A DNA stretch of 64,000 nt, taken from NCBI GenBank assembly GCA_964014485.1, contig CAXHAT010000007.1, positions 11,928-75,927 on the forward strand, given 5' to 3'. Made by a program: the position numbers and the translations under genes. The notes beneath the pieces were generated by a model. It worked only from the letters and a program-made list of their open reading frames with translations. It did no database searches and was not told the DNA's origin. Shown here in pieces: positions 18,711 to 29,301 of this stretch. Each line of letters opens with the position of its first letter. The first letter of the stretch is position 1. This DNA comes from an uncultured Deferribacteres bacterium (GTDB lineage Bacteria; Zhuqueibacterota; Zhuqueibacteria; Zhuqueibacterales; Geothermadaptataceae).

Positions 18711-19502
18711 ATGAAAAGCAAAAACGAAGCAGACGTTGATCTGTTATACAATAGCCCGAATGCGCTGGTTGAAAAATACCAAAGCACGATTTCAATCATT
18801 GTGCAAAAATTTGTTTCCTCAGGCTTTTTCCGCACCGATGAAAAAGAAGACGTGATTCAATTCATCAACTTGCGATTGTTGGAAAGCCGGATTCGAAACA
18901 TGCAGGCGCAGTATAATCACACTTGCTTCGTCTCGACTTATTTTTCCAAAATAGTCTACAATTTGTGCCTGGAGCACAAGCGCGGTCGGAAGCGCGCGGA
19001 GGGGGCGGCGGAATCTCTCGAAGAGCGCCACTACGACGGTATGAGCGAAAAAGAAGAAGTCGTCTATTCTGAATTGGTGATCCAGGCCGAATTCAAAAGA
19101 CTCGAAACGATTTTAAAGCTTTTCGGCAAGACGCGACACAAGGTCGAGCTTATCCTCAAGCTTGTTGCGCGCATCATTGTTTTACGGCGCGACGTGCTGG
19201 CCTTTTGCCCGGGTTGCACTTCCGAAAAGCTCAAAAGATTTCTCCAATTATTCGGGGTGAATTTTGATCATTTGCGCGATAAAGAAGTCTATGCCGGCGC
19301 AACGCCGCTCGTAAACGCTTGCGATCAAAAAAAGAACTCGCCGGATGCTCTACGAAAATGGGTTAAATCGAAGGTACAGGAGATTCTCGATCTTTTGAAC
19401 GGTCGTTTGAAAACGTCAAACTATGATGAAAGCGCCTTCAAAATCTTGCTGCAAAAATATTATGAAACCGGGATTTCCAGTGAGGCGTTGCATGAATCGT
19501 AG
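18711..19502 (+). CDS. Atypical ECF-sigma-factor-like protein
   Basis: Region-2-like LVEKYQ..EDVIQ..FVSTYFSKIVYNLCLEHKR; the C-terminal half is longer than a normal region 4. Confidence 0.55.
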   Translation: MKSKNEADVDLLYNSPNALVEKYQSTISIIVQKFVSSGFFRTDEKEDVIQFINLRLLESRIRNMQAQYNHTCFVSTYFSKIVYNLCLEHKRGRKRAEGAAESLEERHYDGMSEKEEVVYSELVIQAEFKRLETILKLFGKTRHKVELILKLVARIIVLRRDVLAFCPGCTSEKLKRFLQLFGVNFDHLRDKEVYAGATPLVNACDQKKNSPDALRKWVKSKVQEILDLLNGRLKTSNYDESAFKILLQKYYETGISSEALHES

Positions 19503-19579
19503 GCCCTTAAGGAGCGCCTGAGCCTTCTCTTGAAGCTTTAAGTTATGTCTTTTGGCTATCTTTAAAACATGGGGTTTAA

Positions 19580-22579
19580 ATGCAGTTTCGATACAATTTC
19601 TTGCTTTTGTCGGCTCTGTCCATTTTTTCCACAATCGATCTTTCCGCGCAAGTCACTGGCGCAATTTCCGGACGCGTGATTGACGACAGCACCGGCGTAC
19701 CGCTCCAGGCTGCGAACGTTTTTCTCGCCAATACGATGATTGGAACGGCGACCAACGCCAACGGCTTTTTTACCTTACACAACCCGCCCGGAGGATCGCA
19801 CCAAATCGTCGTTTCCATGATCGGCTACAAAGTTGCGTCAGCACGTGTTGAGGTTTATGGCATGGATGATCAACAATTAGAATTTCGACTGAAGCCGACC
19901 GTGCTGCAAGCGCCGGAAATCACCGTTAAGGCGTTGAGCGACAGAACGAGGAAAGCCTGGTTCAAGCTGTTTGCTTCGATACTTCTCGGGCAAAGCAAGA
20001 ACGCGACGCAATGCAAAATCATCAACCCTGAGGTGGTGCGATTAAACAAGCCTGACGATAAGACGCTCGTCGCTTTTAGTGATGAACCGATCATCGTAGA
20101 AAACCGGGCCTTGGGCTACAAAGTACAGTACATTTTAGAAGATTTTCACGCTTCCGACAGCATCATCGCCTACAATGGGAAAATTTGGTTTCAAGAACTT
20201 GCGCCCAAAAACGACGGCCAAAGCAAGCGCTGGGCGAAAAAACGTGAAAGAGCCTATCACGGCTCGTTGAGGCATTTTCTGGCGACTTTGTCCAGACCGC
20301 AATCGCAGAAATCGGCTTTCTCGATTTTTAGACTGCCGGAATCTCAAAAATCAAAAGAACCCGTCACAATTCCGCCTGAATCGCTTTGGGTTGCCACAGG
20401 TCGGCCATTTGAAAAAAAACTGGTTTTTGAAGACAAGGTTTATGTTTTCTTTGACGGCGAAAAAGCCGAGCAGAATTATGTCGATTTGATCCTGAGCCAG
20501 GGGCCGGGAGGGGTGAATCGAAACAGAATAAGCGACGCATCGCTGCGCCTGCGAAAACACTGGGCGCCGAAAACCTATGATCAAATGTCGATGCTCACGC
20601 TTCTCGAGCCGGGAACCGTGATCGATTCAGACGGTCACGTTTACAGCCCGAAGGACATACTTCTTGGCGGCTACATGGGATTTGAGCGGCTTGCTGAGAA
20701 ATTGCCGTGGGAGTACTACCCAGATTCACAGAACGGGCTCGACTTTCAAACAACGGCGACGGCGATCAAGCAGAATCCCGGCAGTTTTGAACAAGGCCTG
20801 GAACTTAAAAAGCAAGGCGAGTGGGAAAAAGCCTTGCAGGTTTGGTGGCGAGAGCATGTCGCAATGGATGTTTCGGGACAGGGCGACCCGCGCATCGGAA
20901 TCGCATTTATTGAGCTTGCGACGGAACGGAAAGCGTCAAAATTTTACGGTACGGCGTGCGAGATTTATTTGAAAAATGTCCAGAACGCAAAAGTTGGAAA
21001 ATTCGCCAAAATTCTGCGCAATGAAGCGGCGCGCGTGATTCCGCTGCTTGACGAGGAAAGTGCTAAAAAATGGCAAAATTTGGCGAAGAATGATTTAAGA
21101 AAATTGACCCGTGAAATGGTCATCTTTTGGAATGCTCAGGATCCCAATCCCATGACTTCCGGCAACGAAAGATTGATCGAACATTGGGAGCGCATTGCGC
21201 ACGCTCGCAAGGAATTTACGCTGGCGGTTCGTGAGCCTTACGGCACAGACGATCGCGGCAAAGTTTATGTTAAATACGGCCAGCCGGATCGTTTGAAAAC
21301 GGGCAGTCTCGGTTCAAACATAACTGAATTGTACCGCATTGCGGAGAATCGTGAGCTGCGCGAAAACATCTTGTTTTATGACGCCAAGCCCGACTATGAA
21401 GTCTGGATTTATTACGGACTCAATCCGGAACAATCGGTTGTTTATCTTTTCGGGCATCGCGGCGGGACGGGCACTTTTGGGCTGGTCGGCGGCGTTGAAG
21501 ATTTGATCTTTGAATCGGCGTTCAGTCGTTCCACGGAGCGAATTGTCGGCCCGATCCGCCCGGGTTATTATTTGCAGATGAGCTATTACAATGAGCTGGC
21601 TGCTCTGGACGACTATTTCATGGATCGCTACGATTGGCTCAACACCGAGTGGGGCAAGATCGGCAGCGGCACTTTCCGCGTTAATCCGCAAACGCTCAAG
21701 TCTTATTTTCAATCTATTGACGCGCGCAATCATTTTGAGCCGACGGATAAGTACGCAGAGTCCGCGCGCTCGGATTTTGCCGAGAAATTCAATACGATCC
21801 AGATCAAGCCATTTACTTATCGTTTTCTTGACGATAAGCAGCAACCGCTACAAATTGTCTACATCGTTTCACAATACAAAATTTCTTCCGCGGCGTTCGG
21901 GAAGGACGAGAACAAGAACATTTACCTGCCGGATTTGACGATTCGTCATTCGCTGATCAACTACGATCAAAACTTGCGGCAACTGAGCCAAACAGCGCCG
22001 GTTATTGAGCAGCCTGAAAGAAATGCTGCGCTTTTCGTGCTTCCCGACACGCCGCAAATCGATTCTTTTTTGATCACGGCGCAGGCGAAAGACGAGTATG
22101 AGGGCGGAAAAGCCGATTCCGTTTTCGGTATTGGAAAATCAGAATTCATAAAAAAGAGCGCTCTGCCTCATGGCAAAAACAGGCTCGTTTTGAGTGATAT
22201 GGCGATCGGCGTGTTGACGGACGAGGAAATTCCTGCGACGTTCCCGCTGCCGTTTTTGCCTTCGGACACTTTCTGGCGTGAAGAACCTGTGCAGACTTAC
22301 CTTGAAGTTTACAACCTAGCGCCGAACGATGACGGCGATTTTAGATTTCAGCTTGATTTTCGCGTTTCGCGCCTGAACAAGAATGGTGAGGTTAACGAGA
22401 AAAAAGGCCAAATTACCCAGAGCTTTACTTTTGACGCCGAGAAAAGCACAAGCAAGGAGACTTTCGGAGTGGATATTTCGAAGTTAAGGACGGGAGACTA
22501 TGAATTTTTTATCAACGTCACGGATTTAACTTCGCAGGAAAACGCGACGCGAAAAACGACGTTCAGTGTGACAAAATAA
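19580..22579 (+). CDS. Secreted protein with carboxypeptidase-regulatory-like domain and GWxTD-like domain
   Basis: Signal peptide; ISGRVIDDSTGVPLQAANVFL..GTATNANGFF; FWNAQDPNP..NE..EHWERIAHA..YGTDDRGKVYVKYGQPD..EVWIY. Confidence 0.75.
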   Translation: MQFRYNFLLLSALSIFSTIDLSAQVTGAISGRVIDDSTGVPLQAANVFLANTMIGTATNANGFFTLHNPPGGSHQIVVSMIGYKVASARVEVYGMDDQQLEFRLKPTVLQAPEITVKALSDRTRKAWFKLFASILLGQSKNATQCKIINPEVVRLNKPDDKTLVAFSDEPIIVENRALGYKVQYILEDFHASDSIIAYNGKIWFQELAPKNDGQSKRWAKKRERAYHGSLRHFLATLSRPQSQKSAFSIFRLPESQKSKEPVTIPPESLWVATGRPFEKKLVFEDKVYVFFDGEKAEQNYVDLILSQGPGGVNRNRISDASLRLRKHWAPKTYDQMSMLTLLEPGTVIDSDGHVYSPKDILLGGYMGFERLAEKLPWEYYPDSQNGLDFQTTATAIKQNPGSFEQGLELKKQGEWEKALQVWWREHVAMDVSGQGDPRIGIAFIELATERKASKFYGTACEIYLKNVQNAKVGKFAKILRNEAARVIPLLDEESAKKWQNLAKNDLRKLTREMVIFWNAQDPNPMTSGNERLIEHWERIAHARKEFTLAVREPYGTDDRGKVYVKYGQPDRLKTGSLGSNITELYRIAENRELRENILFYDAKPDYEVWIYYGLNPEQSVVYLFGHRGGTGTFGLVGGVEDLIFESAFSRSTERIVGPIRPGYYLQMSYYNELAALDDYFMDRYDWLNTEWGKIGSGTFRVNPQTLKSYFQSIDARNHFEPTDKYAESARSDFAEKFNTIQIKPFTYRFLDDKQQPLQIVYIVSQYKISSAAFGKDENKNIYLPDLTIRHSLINYDQNLRQLSQTAPVIEQPERNAALFVLPDTPQIDSFLITAQAKDEYEGGKADSVFGIGKSEFIKKSALPHGKNRLVLSDMAIGVLTDEEIPATFPLPFLPSDTFWREEPVQTYLEVYNLAPNDDGDFRFQLDFRVSRLNKNGEVNEKKGQITQSFTFDAEKSTSKETFGVDISKLRTGDYEFFINVTDLTSQENATRKTTFSVTK

Positions 22580-22619
22580 TCGAGCTGATTGAAGGTTTTG
22601 CAAGTGAGTTGTCGGCGGC

Positions 22620-23762
22620 TCAACGACCGTTGGTTTTGCCCGCCTTTTTCATAAAAGTGGGGATTTTTCTGGAGGGGAGTTCAAGCATAAGGCCGCTTTC
22701 GCTGAAGAAGAATAGATCGCCAATCATTAAGCCGATGGAGCTGCGCAGCGGCCGCCAATTTTCACGATAGGCCTCGGCGTCAATGCGTGTGCCGTCTTTG
22801 TCTTTTTGAACCAAGCGCACCCGCTCCGGATATTCACGATTGATCATGAACGGCGAATGCGTCGTGTAAAAAATTTGATTCTTGATCGCCAAATCTTCCA
22901 TGACGCGGGTCAAATCTTTTTGCCCGGCGGGGTGCAAATGGATGCCGGGTTCATCAATGAGAAAAATGTATTCGTTTGCGCGCGCTTCAAAAGTTTGCGC
23001 AATAAAATTGATGTAGAACGACAAATACCAGCGGAAGCCCATGCTGCGCGACTCCGGCGTGTCGAAAACCGTGGTGCCGTCCGAGATGTCAATGTAAAGA
23101 ATTTTGCCGTTGACGTTGAGCTTAATTTCGATGGTCGGCTCCTGGCTCCAGACGCGCCGCATCTGCTGGGTAATCAACCGGCTTGCTTCTTCACTTGCTC
23201 GCCTGCCGCGCGTCGAGTCTTCAAAAATCAATTCCGGATTGACGACGCCGCCGATTCTTAACAAGTTGCGTTCGGTGCGAAAGCTTTCATTCTTCGCGGT
23301 CAAATCGTCCAATGTTGCGCGACTTTTTAGTAATGGAATGTCGTCAAAAAACAGAACTTTGGGAAGCACGCCGAGAAATCTGGCCATGTCTGAAATTTTG
23401 ACTTCGCTGTCACCAACGAATACAGTATAGTCATCCAGATGAGGCCCGGCCTTTCGAATGACAAAGCGGTCAATGTCTTTGAACGCGTCAGAGAATTTGA
23501 GCAGATTGCGCCGGTTTTCTTTGGTGAATTCCGAAAATTCAAGATTGACTTCCGGCGGCTTGCCTTGGTAATAATTGTCGGAATACTGGCAGGTGAGAGA
23601 ATTGTCAAAAGCCATCCCCGGAGAAAAACTGAGCAGCGCCTTCAGGATATTCGATTTGCCGCTTTCGTTCGCTCCGATAAAAATGGTGATCTTCGAATCC
23701 ACCGGCGTCGAAAGCTCAAAAACCGATTTAAAAGCACGAAAAAATACGCGCGAAATAACCAT
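22620..23762 (-). CDS. OLD-family/AAA_15 ABC-type ATPase without TOPRIM domain
   Basis: Walker A GANESGKS, signature RSMGFRW, Walker B LIDEPGIHLHP and switch YTTHSPF; the protein ends at 380 aa. Confidence 0.8.
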   Translation of the reverse strand: MVISRVFFRAFKSVFELSTPVDSKITIFIGANESGKSNILKALLSFSPGMAFDNSLTCQYSDNYYQGKPPEVNLEFSEFTKENRRNLLKFSDAFKDIDRFVIRKAGPHLDDYTVFVGDSEVKISDMARFLGVLPKVLFFDDIPLLKSRATLDDLTAKNESFRTERNLLRIGGVVNPELIFEDSTRGRRASEEASRLITQQMRRVWSQEPTIEIKLNVNGKILYIDISDGTTVFDTPESRSMGFRWYLSFYINFIAQTFEARANEYIFLIDEPGIHLHPAGQKDLTRVMEDLAIKNQIFYTTHSPFMINREYPERVRLVQKDKDGTRIDAEAYRENWRPLRSSIGLMIGDLFFFSESGLMLELPSRKIPTFMKKAGKTNGR

Positions 23763-23888
23763 TCAGCGGCCTCACTAAATCATCAATTCCGAAATGGGCG
23801 AAAAATATACAACGAGCTTGAGTTGCAAGCAAGCGAAAACAAAGTTGAACCGTGACTTGCGATACACAAAAGCGTCGGGCAATGAAAC

Positions 23889-23920
23889 AAAAAACCCGGA
23901 CAAAATTCATCGTCCGGGTT
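23889..23920 (-). terminator. Intrinsic terminator after clpC
   Basis: AACCCGGAC / GTCCGGGTT stem followed by a T-run on the minus strand. Confidence 0.7.
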
Positions 23921-23962
23921 GTCGTTTAGGCTTTGTTGAAGGATTTAAGAGAGAACTGCTCT

Positions 23963-26482
23963 CTAACTTTCAATTTCTTCCGGTTCTTCTTCGGCGGAGT
24001 TTTCAGCCGCTTCTTCCGTTTCCTCTGGTTCCGGTTCTTTTTTGTCAGAATGCACAACTTTGCGTCCGGTTTCGGTGAATTCCAAATCACCGTCCTTCAT
24101 TGTGACTTCAATCTGGCTGCCGTCGCCGAATTTATTGCGAAGAATCTCTTCAGCGATGGGGTCTTCGATGAATTTCTGAATCACGCGACGCAGCGGACGC
24201 GCGCCGTAAGTTTCGTCGAAACCTTCTTCGACGATATAGTCTTTCGCATCCTGATTCAGCGTTATTTCGATTTCTCTGTCTGCAACGCGAGAGGTCATTT
24301 CTTCCAAAACGATATCGACGATGGAGTCCATGTTTTCTTTTGTCAGAGAATGGAAAACGACGATTTCGTCGACGCGGTTCAGAAACTCCGGATTGAAGAG
24401 TTTCTTGACCTCGTCCATGATTTTCCGGTGCATCTTGTCATAATCAATGCCGCCTGCATCAGTGGAAAATCCGAATCCGCCGGATTTCTTAACTTCGCGG
24501 GCGCCAACGTTGGACGTCATGATCAAAATCGTGTTTTTGAAATCGACTTTCCGCCCCAGACCGTCCGTCAATTGCCCGTCGTCGAGAATTTGCAGTAGAA
24601 TGTTGAAAACGTCCGGATGCGCTTTTTCGATTTCGTCAAAAAGCACGACGGAATAGGGGTGCCGCCGGACTTTTTCGGTCAATTGTCCGCCTTCTTCATA
24701 GCCTACATAGCCGGGAGGCGGCCCGGTCAAGCGAGAAACGGAGAATTTTTCCATGTACTCGGACATATCCAGACGGATAAGCGAATCCTCTTTTCGGAAA
24801 AGGTATTGAGCAAGCTCTTTGGCCAACTGCGTCTTACCAACGCCGGTCGGGCCAAGGAAGATAAACGAGCCGATGGGACGATGCGGGTCTTTCAGGCCGG
24901 CGCGCGTTCTGCGAATCGCCTTCGAAAGCATGTGGATCACTTCATCCTGACCAACGATGCGTTTCTTCAATTCTTCCGGCATGTTGAGAATTTTTTCAGA
25001 CTCGGATTCGGCGACTCGCCGCACCGGAATGCCGGTCATCATTGCAACGACGTCCGAAATGTCTTCTTCGGAAACCGTTGCTATAATTTCGTCTTCTTTT
25101 TCACGCCATCTGCGCTTTGCGGAATCGAGCCTGCGGTTCAAGCGTTTTTCCTGATCGCGCAAAACCGCCGCACGTTCGAACTCCTGGTTTTTGATAACCT
25201 TGTCCTTTTCGCGGCGGACGTTTTTAATATTTTCTTCAAGCTCGGTAATTTCCTTCGGCACAACGATGTTCGACAAATGGATGCGAGCGCCAGTCTCGTC
25301 GAGCACGTCAATCGCCTTGTCCGGCAAGTAGCGGTCGCTGATGTATCGTTCGGAAAGACGAACCGCCGCCACGATGGCTTCATCTGAATATTTGACGTGA
25401 TGATGATCCTCGTAACGATCCTTGAGGCCGTTCAAAATTTGAATCGCCTCTTCCGGTGAGGGCGGATCAACCATGATTTTCTGGAAGCGACGCTCGAGCG
25501 CGCCGTCTTTTTCAATGTGCTGGCGATATTCGTCCAGCGTTGTCGCGCCGATGCATTGCAATTCTCCGCGTGAAAGGGCGGGTTTGAACATATTGGACGC
25601 ATCAAGAGAACCGCTCGCCCCGCCAGCCCCGACAATGGTGTGAAGCTCGTCGATGAAAAGCACAACGTCTTTTGCGCGATAAAGCTCGTTCATGATCGCC
25701 TTCATCCGCTCTTCAAATTGCCCGCGATATTTTGTCCCGGCGACGATGGCGCCCAAATCGAGCGTAACGAGTCGCTTGTTGTGCAAAATTCGCGGCACCT
25801 TGCGATCCACGATGCGAATGGCCAAGCCTTCCGCGATTGCCGTTTTGCCAACCCCGGGTTCGCCGATTAACACGGGGTTGTTTTTCTTGCGCCGACTCAA
25901 AATTTGTGCAACGCGCTCGATTTCCATTTCTCGACCAATGACGGGATCGAGTTCATTTTTGCGAGCGAGTTCGGTAAGATCGCGACCAAAATGGTCAAGG
26001 GCGGGAGTTTTGGAACGTTGGCTGGTATTTTCTTTTGAGGAAGGCGTGCCTCGTAAAATGTTTTCCAGTTCTTCGCGCACAGAGTCGTAAGTGACGTCAA
26101 AATTCAAAAGCACTTGAGCCGCAACGCCGTCTTTTTCCTTAACGAGCGCCAGAAGAAGGTGCTCCGTGCCGATAATGTCGGACTTGTATTTTTCCGCTTC
26201 AACGTACGCCATTTTCAGAATTTTTTCGGCGCGCTTGGTGAACGGGATATTGCCGATGGTCATCGTTTCACCAGTCGTCTTGACGGCGTCTTCAATCGAA
26301 CGCTTGATTTCGTCAAGATCTGAACCCAGATTCCTCAAAATTTCTACTGCAATGCCCTCGCCCTCACGGATCAGGCCCAAGAGCAAATGTTCAGTCCCAA
26401 TATAGTCATGTCCTAGACGCAGCGCTTCCTCCCTTGAAAACTGAATCACCATCTGGACGCGACTGGAAAAATTGTTTTTCAT
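23963..26482 (-). CDS. clpC: ATP-dependent Clp protease ATPase ClpC
   Basis: Two Clp_N repeats (GTEHLLL), [11 protein letters not shown] coiled coil ([11 protein letters not shown]), GPTGVGKT and ClpP-docking loop GFGF. Confidence 0.96.
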   Translation of the reverse strand: MKNNFSSRVQMVIQFSREEALRLGHDYIGTEHLLLGLIREGEGIAVEILRNLGSDLDEIKRSIEDAVKTTGETMTIGNIPFTKRAEKILKMAYVEAEKYKSDIIGTEHLLLALVKEKDGVAAQVLLNFDVTYDSVREELENILRGTPSSKENTSQRSKTPALDHFGRDLTELARKNELDPVIGREMEIERVAQILSRRKKNNPVLIGEPGVGKTAIAEGLAIRIVDRKVPRILHNKRLVTLDLGAIVAGTKYRGQFEERMKAIMNELYRAKDVVLFIDELHTIVGAGGASGSLDASNMFKPALSRGELQCIGATTLDEYRQHIEKDGALERRFQKIMVDPPSPEEAIQILNGLKDRYEDHHHVKYSDEAIVAAVRLSERYISDRYLPDKAIDVLDETGARIHLSNIVVPKEITELEENIKNVRREKDKVIKNQEFERAAVLRDQEKRLNRRLDSAKRRWREKEDEIIATVSEEDISDVVAMMTGIPVRRVAESESEKILNMPEELKKRIVGQDEVIHMLSKAIRRTRAGLKDPHRPIGSFIFLGPTGVGKTQLAKELAQYLFRKEDSLIRLDMSEYMEKFSVSRLTGPPPGYVGYEEGGQLTEKVRRHPYSVVLFDEIEKAHPDVFNILLQILDDGQLTDGLGRKVDFKNTILIMTSNVGAREVKKSGGFGFSTDAGGIDYDKMHRKIMDEVKKLFNPEFLNRVDEIVVFHSLTKENMDSIVDIVLEEMTSRVADREIEITLNQDAKDYIVEEGFDETYGARPLRRVIQKFIEDPIAEEILRNKFGDGSQIEVTMKDGDLEFTETGRKVVHSDKKEPEPEETEEAAENSAEEEPEEIES

Positions 26483-26569
26483 CTACAGTCTCCGTGTTAT
26501 GAAAAAGTTCGGCAATGTGTTGGCTTCAGTGCCGGCAATATTACGACTAATTTGATAAAAAGTAAAGTT

Positions 26570-27703
26570 TCAATTTATTCTCTCGCGACAAACAACGCTC
26601 GCAAAAACACTGCGAGCAAAGTTCGCGCGCATGGCGTCGACGCCATCGTCGGTTTCGTCAGCAACGCCATAATTTTTACAAAGATGCGCTCGGTTTGACA
26701 AAATCATCAGCTTGTTCAGCAAAACATGGTCAGCGCCCTGAATCATTCCCGAATCCAAGCCAAGCCTCACCATGGAAAGACGCTCGAAAAATTCTTCGAG
26801 GCTTATTATGCGCGCATTTTGTAAAGCGGCCAATGCGCGAAAAATTTTGTCGCTGATAAAATCTCTTTTTGTTTGAAACAAGAAACGCCGTGCTTCTAAC
26901 TCCCTGGAAACAAAATCCTGAGCGGCTTTTGAGAGCCGTTTCAAAATTTCACTCTCGCTCTGCCCAAGTGTACGCTGGTTGGAGACTTGAAAGATATTCC
27001 CGTCAGCTCTCGAACCTTCTCCCGAAACGCCGCGAAAAGCGACTTGGTACTCAGGGTAGTTTTTTTTCATCTGTCGAATGCCGTCGCTCAAAACGAGCCC
27101 CGGCAAATGGATTTGAATTGAGGCGCGCAATCCTGTCCCCGTATTGGTCGGGCAAGCGGTGTGGTGTCCGAATCGTTCAGACTGTGCATAGTCCAGGAGC
27201 TTCGCAAGTTCGCCGTCGATCCAGGAAACCTGACGCCAGGCGGCTTCGAAATCAAGCCCGGAGCGCATGCTTTGTATGCGCAGATGATCTTCTTCGTTCA
27301 CCAAAATACAGAACTGCTCCGACGGCTCAATGAGCGCCAATCTTGGCAAGGTTGATTTTATGAATTGCAAGCTAATCAAATGTCGCTCGCAAAGCGTTTC
27401 AGCAAGCAGCGAATCGACCTCGTCAATGCGAACCGGGACCGCACGCTTAAATAATGCGATCTTGCCTCGAACGGCCTCGAATTTTTCCAGAACAGCTTCC
27501 GCTTGCGTCGCGGATGCGCTGGGCGGAAAAGAAAAACCTTTTAAGTTGCGAGCCAGGCGAATTCTGGTTGAAAAAATAATCTGGTTAACGGTTGAAGATT
27601 CTGATAACCACAGAGGCGGATTTTGGTGAAGTGTTTCAAGGAAGTTGGAAGTCTGATTCAATTCGCAGCTGGGTTTGGATCGTTTAATTTTGGAGGTTGA
27701 CAA
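26570..27703 (-). CDS. mcsB: Protein-arginine kinase (ATP:guanido phosphotransferase)
   Basis: STRIRLARNL, NEEDHLRIQ, TACPTNTGTGLRAS, GEGS and QVSNQRTLG; located between mcsA and clpC. The start codon is uncertain. Confidence 0.88.
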   Translation of the reverse strand: MSTSKIKRSKPSCELNQTSNFLETLHQNPPLWLSESSTVNQIIFSTRIRLARNLKGFSFPPSASATQAEAVLEKFEAVRGKIALFKRAVPVRIDEVDSLLAETLCERHLISLQFIKSTLPRLALIEPSEQFCILVNEEDHLRIQSMRSGLDFEAAWRQVSWIDGELAKLLDYAQSERFGHHTACPTNTGTGLRASIQIHLPGLVLSDGIRQMKKNYPEYQVAFRGVSGEGSRADGNIFQVSNQRTLGQSESEILKRLSKAAQDFVSRELEARRFLFQTKRDFISDKIFRALAALQNARIISLEEFFERLSMVRLGLDSGMIQGADHVLLNKLMILSNRAHLCKNYGVADETDDGVDAMRANFARSVFASVVCRERIN

Positions 27704-27768
27704 AACTGTTCATTCTGCAAAAATCTAATCGAGCGTCGCCTAAAATCATTTCACAATTTTTCCAGAAT

Positions 27769-27886
27769 GGGACTGTCTCAAAACATGATATTTTTAGAGC
27801 GCGACACAACATGTCGTAGGGGTTCAAAATCTTGAACCCCAACATTTGGTATGCCTTTAGGCAGAGACCAGGTTTTAGACAGCCCC
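27769..27886. mobile_element. MITE-like element, shell E, second copy
   Basis: GGGACTGTCTCAAAACAT ... GTTTTAGACAGCCCC ends; shares CACAACATGTCGTAGGGGTTCAA..TTGAACCCC with 1466-1585. Confidence 0.75.
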
Positions 27887-27896
27887 CGCAAGCTCC

Positions 27897-27923
27897 GAAT
27901 CAAACGCTCAGGCGTTTGACTCC
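27897..27923 (-). repeat. GGAG-tagged REP hairpin
   Basis: Minus strand reads GGAGTCAAACGCCTGAGCGTTTGATTC; a related sequence lies at 1424-1447 on the plus strand. Confidence 0.55.
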
Positions 27924-28025
27924 GCAATTACTCTTCGATCAAGTCCGCAAACGCAGTCAAGAAGCTAAATAGTAACACCCAGACGGCGCTTTGAAAATGG
28001 CAAACTTGCGACAACAATGTTCTTT

Positions 28026-28400
28026 TCAAGTCGCTGTCAAATCCTTGCTTGGATTTGAGCTCACATGCTCGCTGTGTCCGTGAATCTGGTGCAAAAGAAT
28101 GGAGAGTTCTTCCTGGAAAGCTTCGTAGCATTGGTCGCAGCCTAACAATCCTGTGCGCTCAAAATTTTCTATCGTCAGCGAACAACCGGGGCACGCTTTT
28201 ATCGGCTCGTCTGATTCGTCGCCTATAACATTTTCGAGAACGTGTTCGAAAAAATCGGAAAGCGCCGGGAGGTTTTTATCGTCAATCACGCCCGGCGAGC
28301 AACTATCGCAAATCGACAATTCTCGCTTCCGCCCGTTGATGATTTTTCGCGTCTGGATCGTCGCTTCGCCGGTCTCGCATACTTCGCAGATTTTATTCAC
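28026..28400 (-). CDS. mcsA: McsA-like zinc-finger activator lacking the C-terminal UVR domain
   Basis: Four CxxC motifs (CEVC, CDSC, CPGC, LGCDQCY) plus IHGHSEH; GTG start overlaps the lolD stop. Confidence 0.85.
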   Translation of the reverse strand: MNKICEVCETGEATIQTRKIINGRKRELSICDSCSPGVIDDKNLPALSDFFEHVLENVIGDESDEPIKACPGCSLTIENFERTGLLGCDQCYEAFQEELSILLHQIHGHSEHVSSNPSKDLTAT

Positions 28401-29091
28401 CGCGAACGTCTTCCTCAATGGTTCTGCCGTCCTGCATTTTAATGACTCTATCGGCAATTTGCGCCAATTGCAGGTTGTGCGTGACGACAATAATCGTTCG
28501 GCCTTCGTTGCGCGTCAATTTCCAAAGCAAGCTGTGCAATTCATTGGCGGAAGCCGTGTCCAGATTTCCGGAAGGTTCGTCCGCCAGCAAAACGCGCGGC
28601 TGATTCATCAACGCACGGGCGAATGCAACGCGCTGCTGCTCGCCGCCGGAAAGTTCGGAAGGGCGATGATCCCGGCGATGCGAAAGTCCGACTTGATCCA
28701 AAAGTGCGGTCGCCCGGTCGCGTATTTTGGCCGCGGACATGCCGGCGATCATGGCGGGCATAAAAACATTTTCCACGGCGGTGAATTCATCGAGTAAGTG
28801 ATGAAACTGAAAAACAAAGCCGATCTCGCGGTTGCGGAACGCCGCCAGTTGTCGGTCGCTGTACTTGTCGAAAATACGCACGCCTTCAAATTCCACCTGC
28901 CCGTCGGACGGACGGTCGAGCGCGCCAAGAATGTGCAGAAGCGTACTTTTCCCAACACCGGAAGGCCCGACGATAGCGATCATTTCTCCGGCGTTCGCGG
29001 CGAAATCAACGCCTTTCAAAACGTCGACTTGCCCGCCGGGACCTGTTGGATAGCTTTTATAAAGTTGTGAAGTTTTCAGAAGAGGCTGCAT
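28393..29091 (-). CDS. lolD: Lipoprotein-releasing ABC ATPase
   Basis: GPSGVGKS, GFVFQFHHLL, LSGGEQQRVA and LADEPSGNLD; downstream of lolC/E. Confidence 0.9.
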   Translation of the reverse strand: MQPLLKTSQLYKSYPTGPGGQVDVLKGVDFAANAGEMIAIVGPSGVGKSTLLHILGALDRPSDGQVEFEGVRIFDKYSDRQLAAFRNREIGFVFQFHHLLDEFTAVENVFMPAMIAGMSAAKIRDRATALLDQVGLSHRRDHRPSELSGGEQQRVAFARALMNQPRVLLADEPSGNLDTASANELHSLLWKLTRNEGRTIIVVTHNLQLAQIADRVIKMQDGRTIEEDVRGE

Positions 29092-29301
29092 ATGCTCATC
29101 AATCTATTTTTTAAAAACTAACATTTCTCACTTCGTTTTAGATGCTATAAACTTCTATTTGTAATAACTTTAGACTCAGGCGTTCAGTGATAATCTTCGA
29201 ACAATGCTTGAGCGTGACCCTGGTTTCTGTTTTTCATTCTTTGCCTGAAAAACTATGAATTAGCCTCAATTTGAAGTGAGAAATGTTAGTTAAAAAGATG
29301 T

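Noticed and set aside
27686..27713. Frameshifted ATG start for mcsB (ATG AAC AGT TTT GTC)
   Set aside because: Removing one T would join it to mcsB, but an in-frame TTG start explains the gene without invoking an error. It cannot be decided without reads.
27955..28028. Selenocysteine or readthrough at the mcsA TGA
   Set aside because: The in-frame continuation (KEHCCRKFAIFK...) stops after 22 codons and is not UVR-like.
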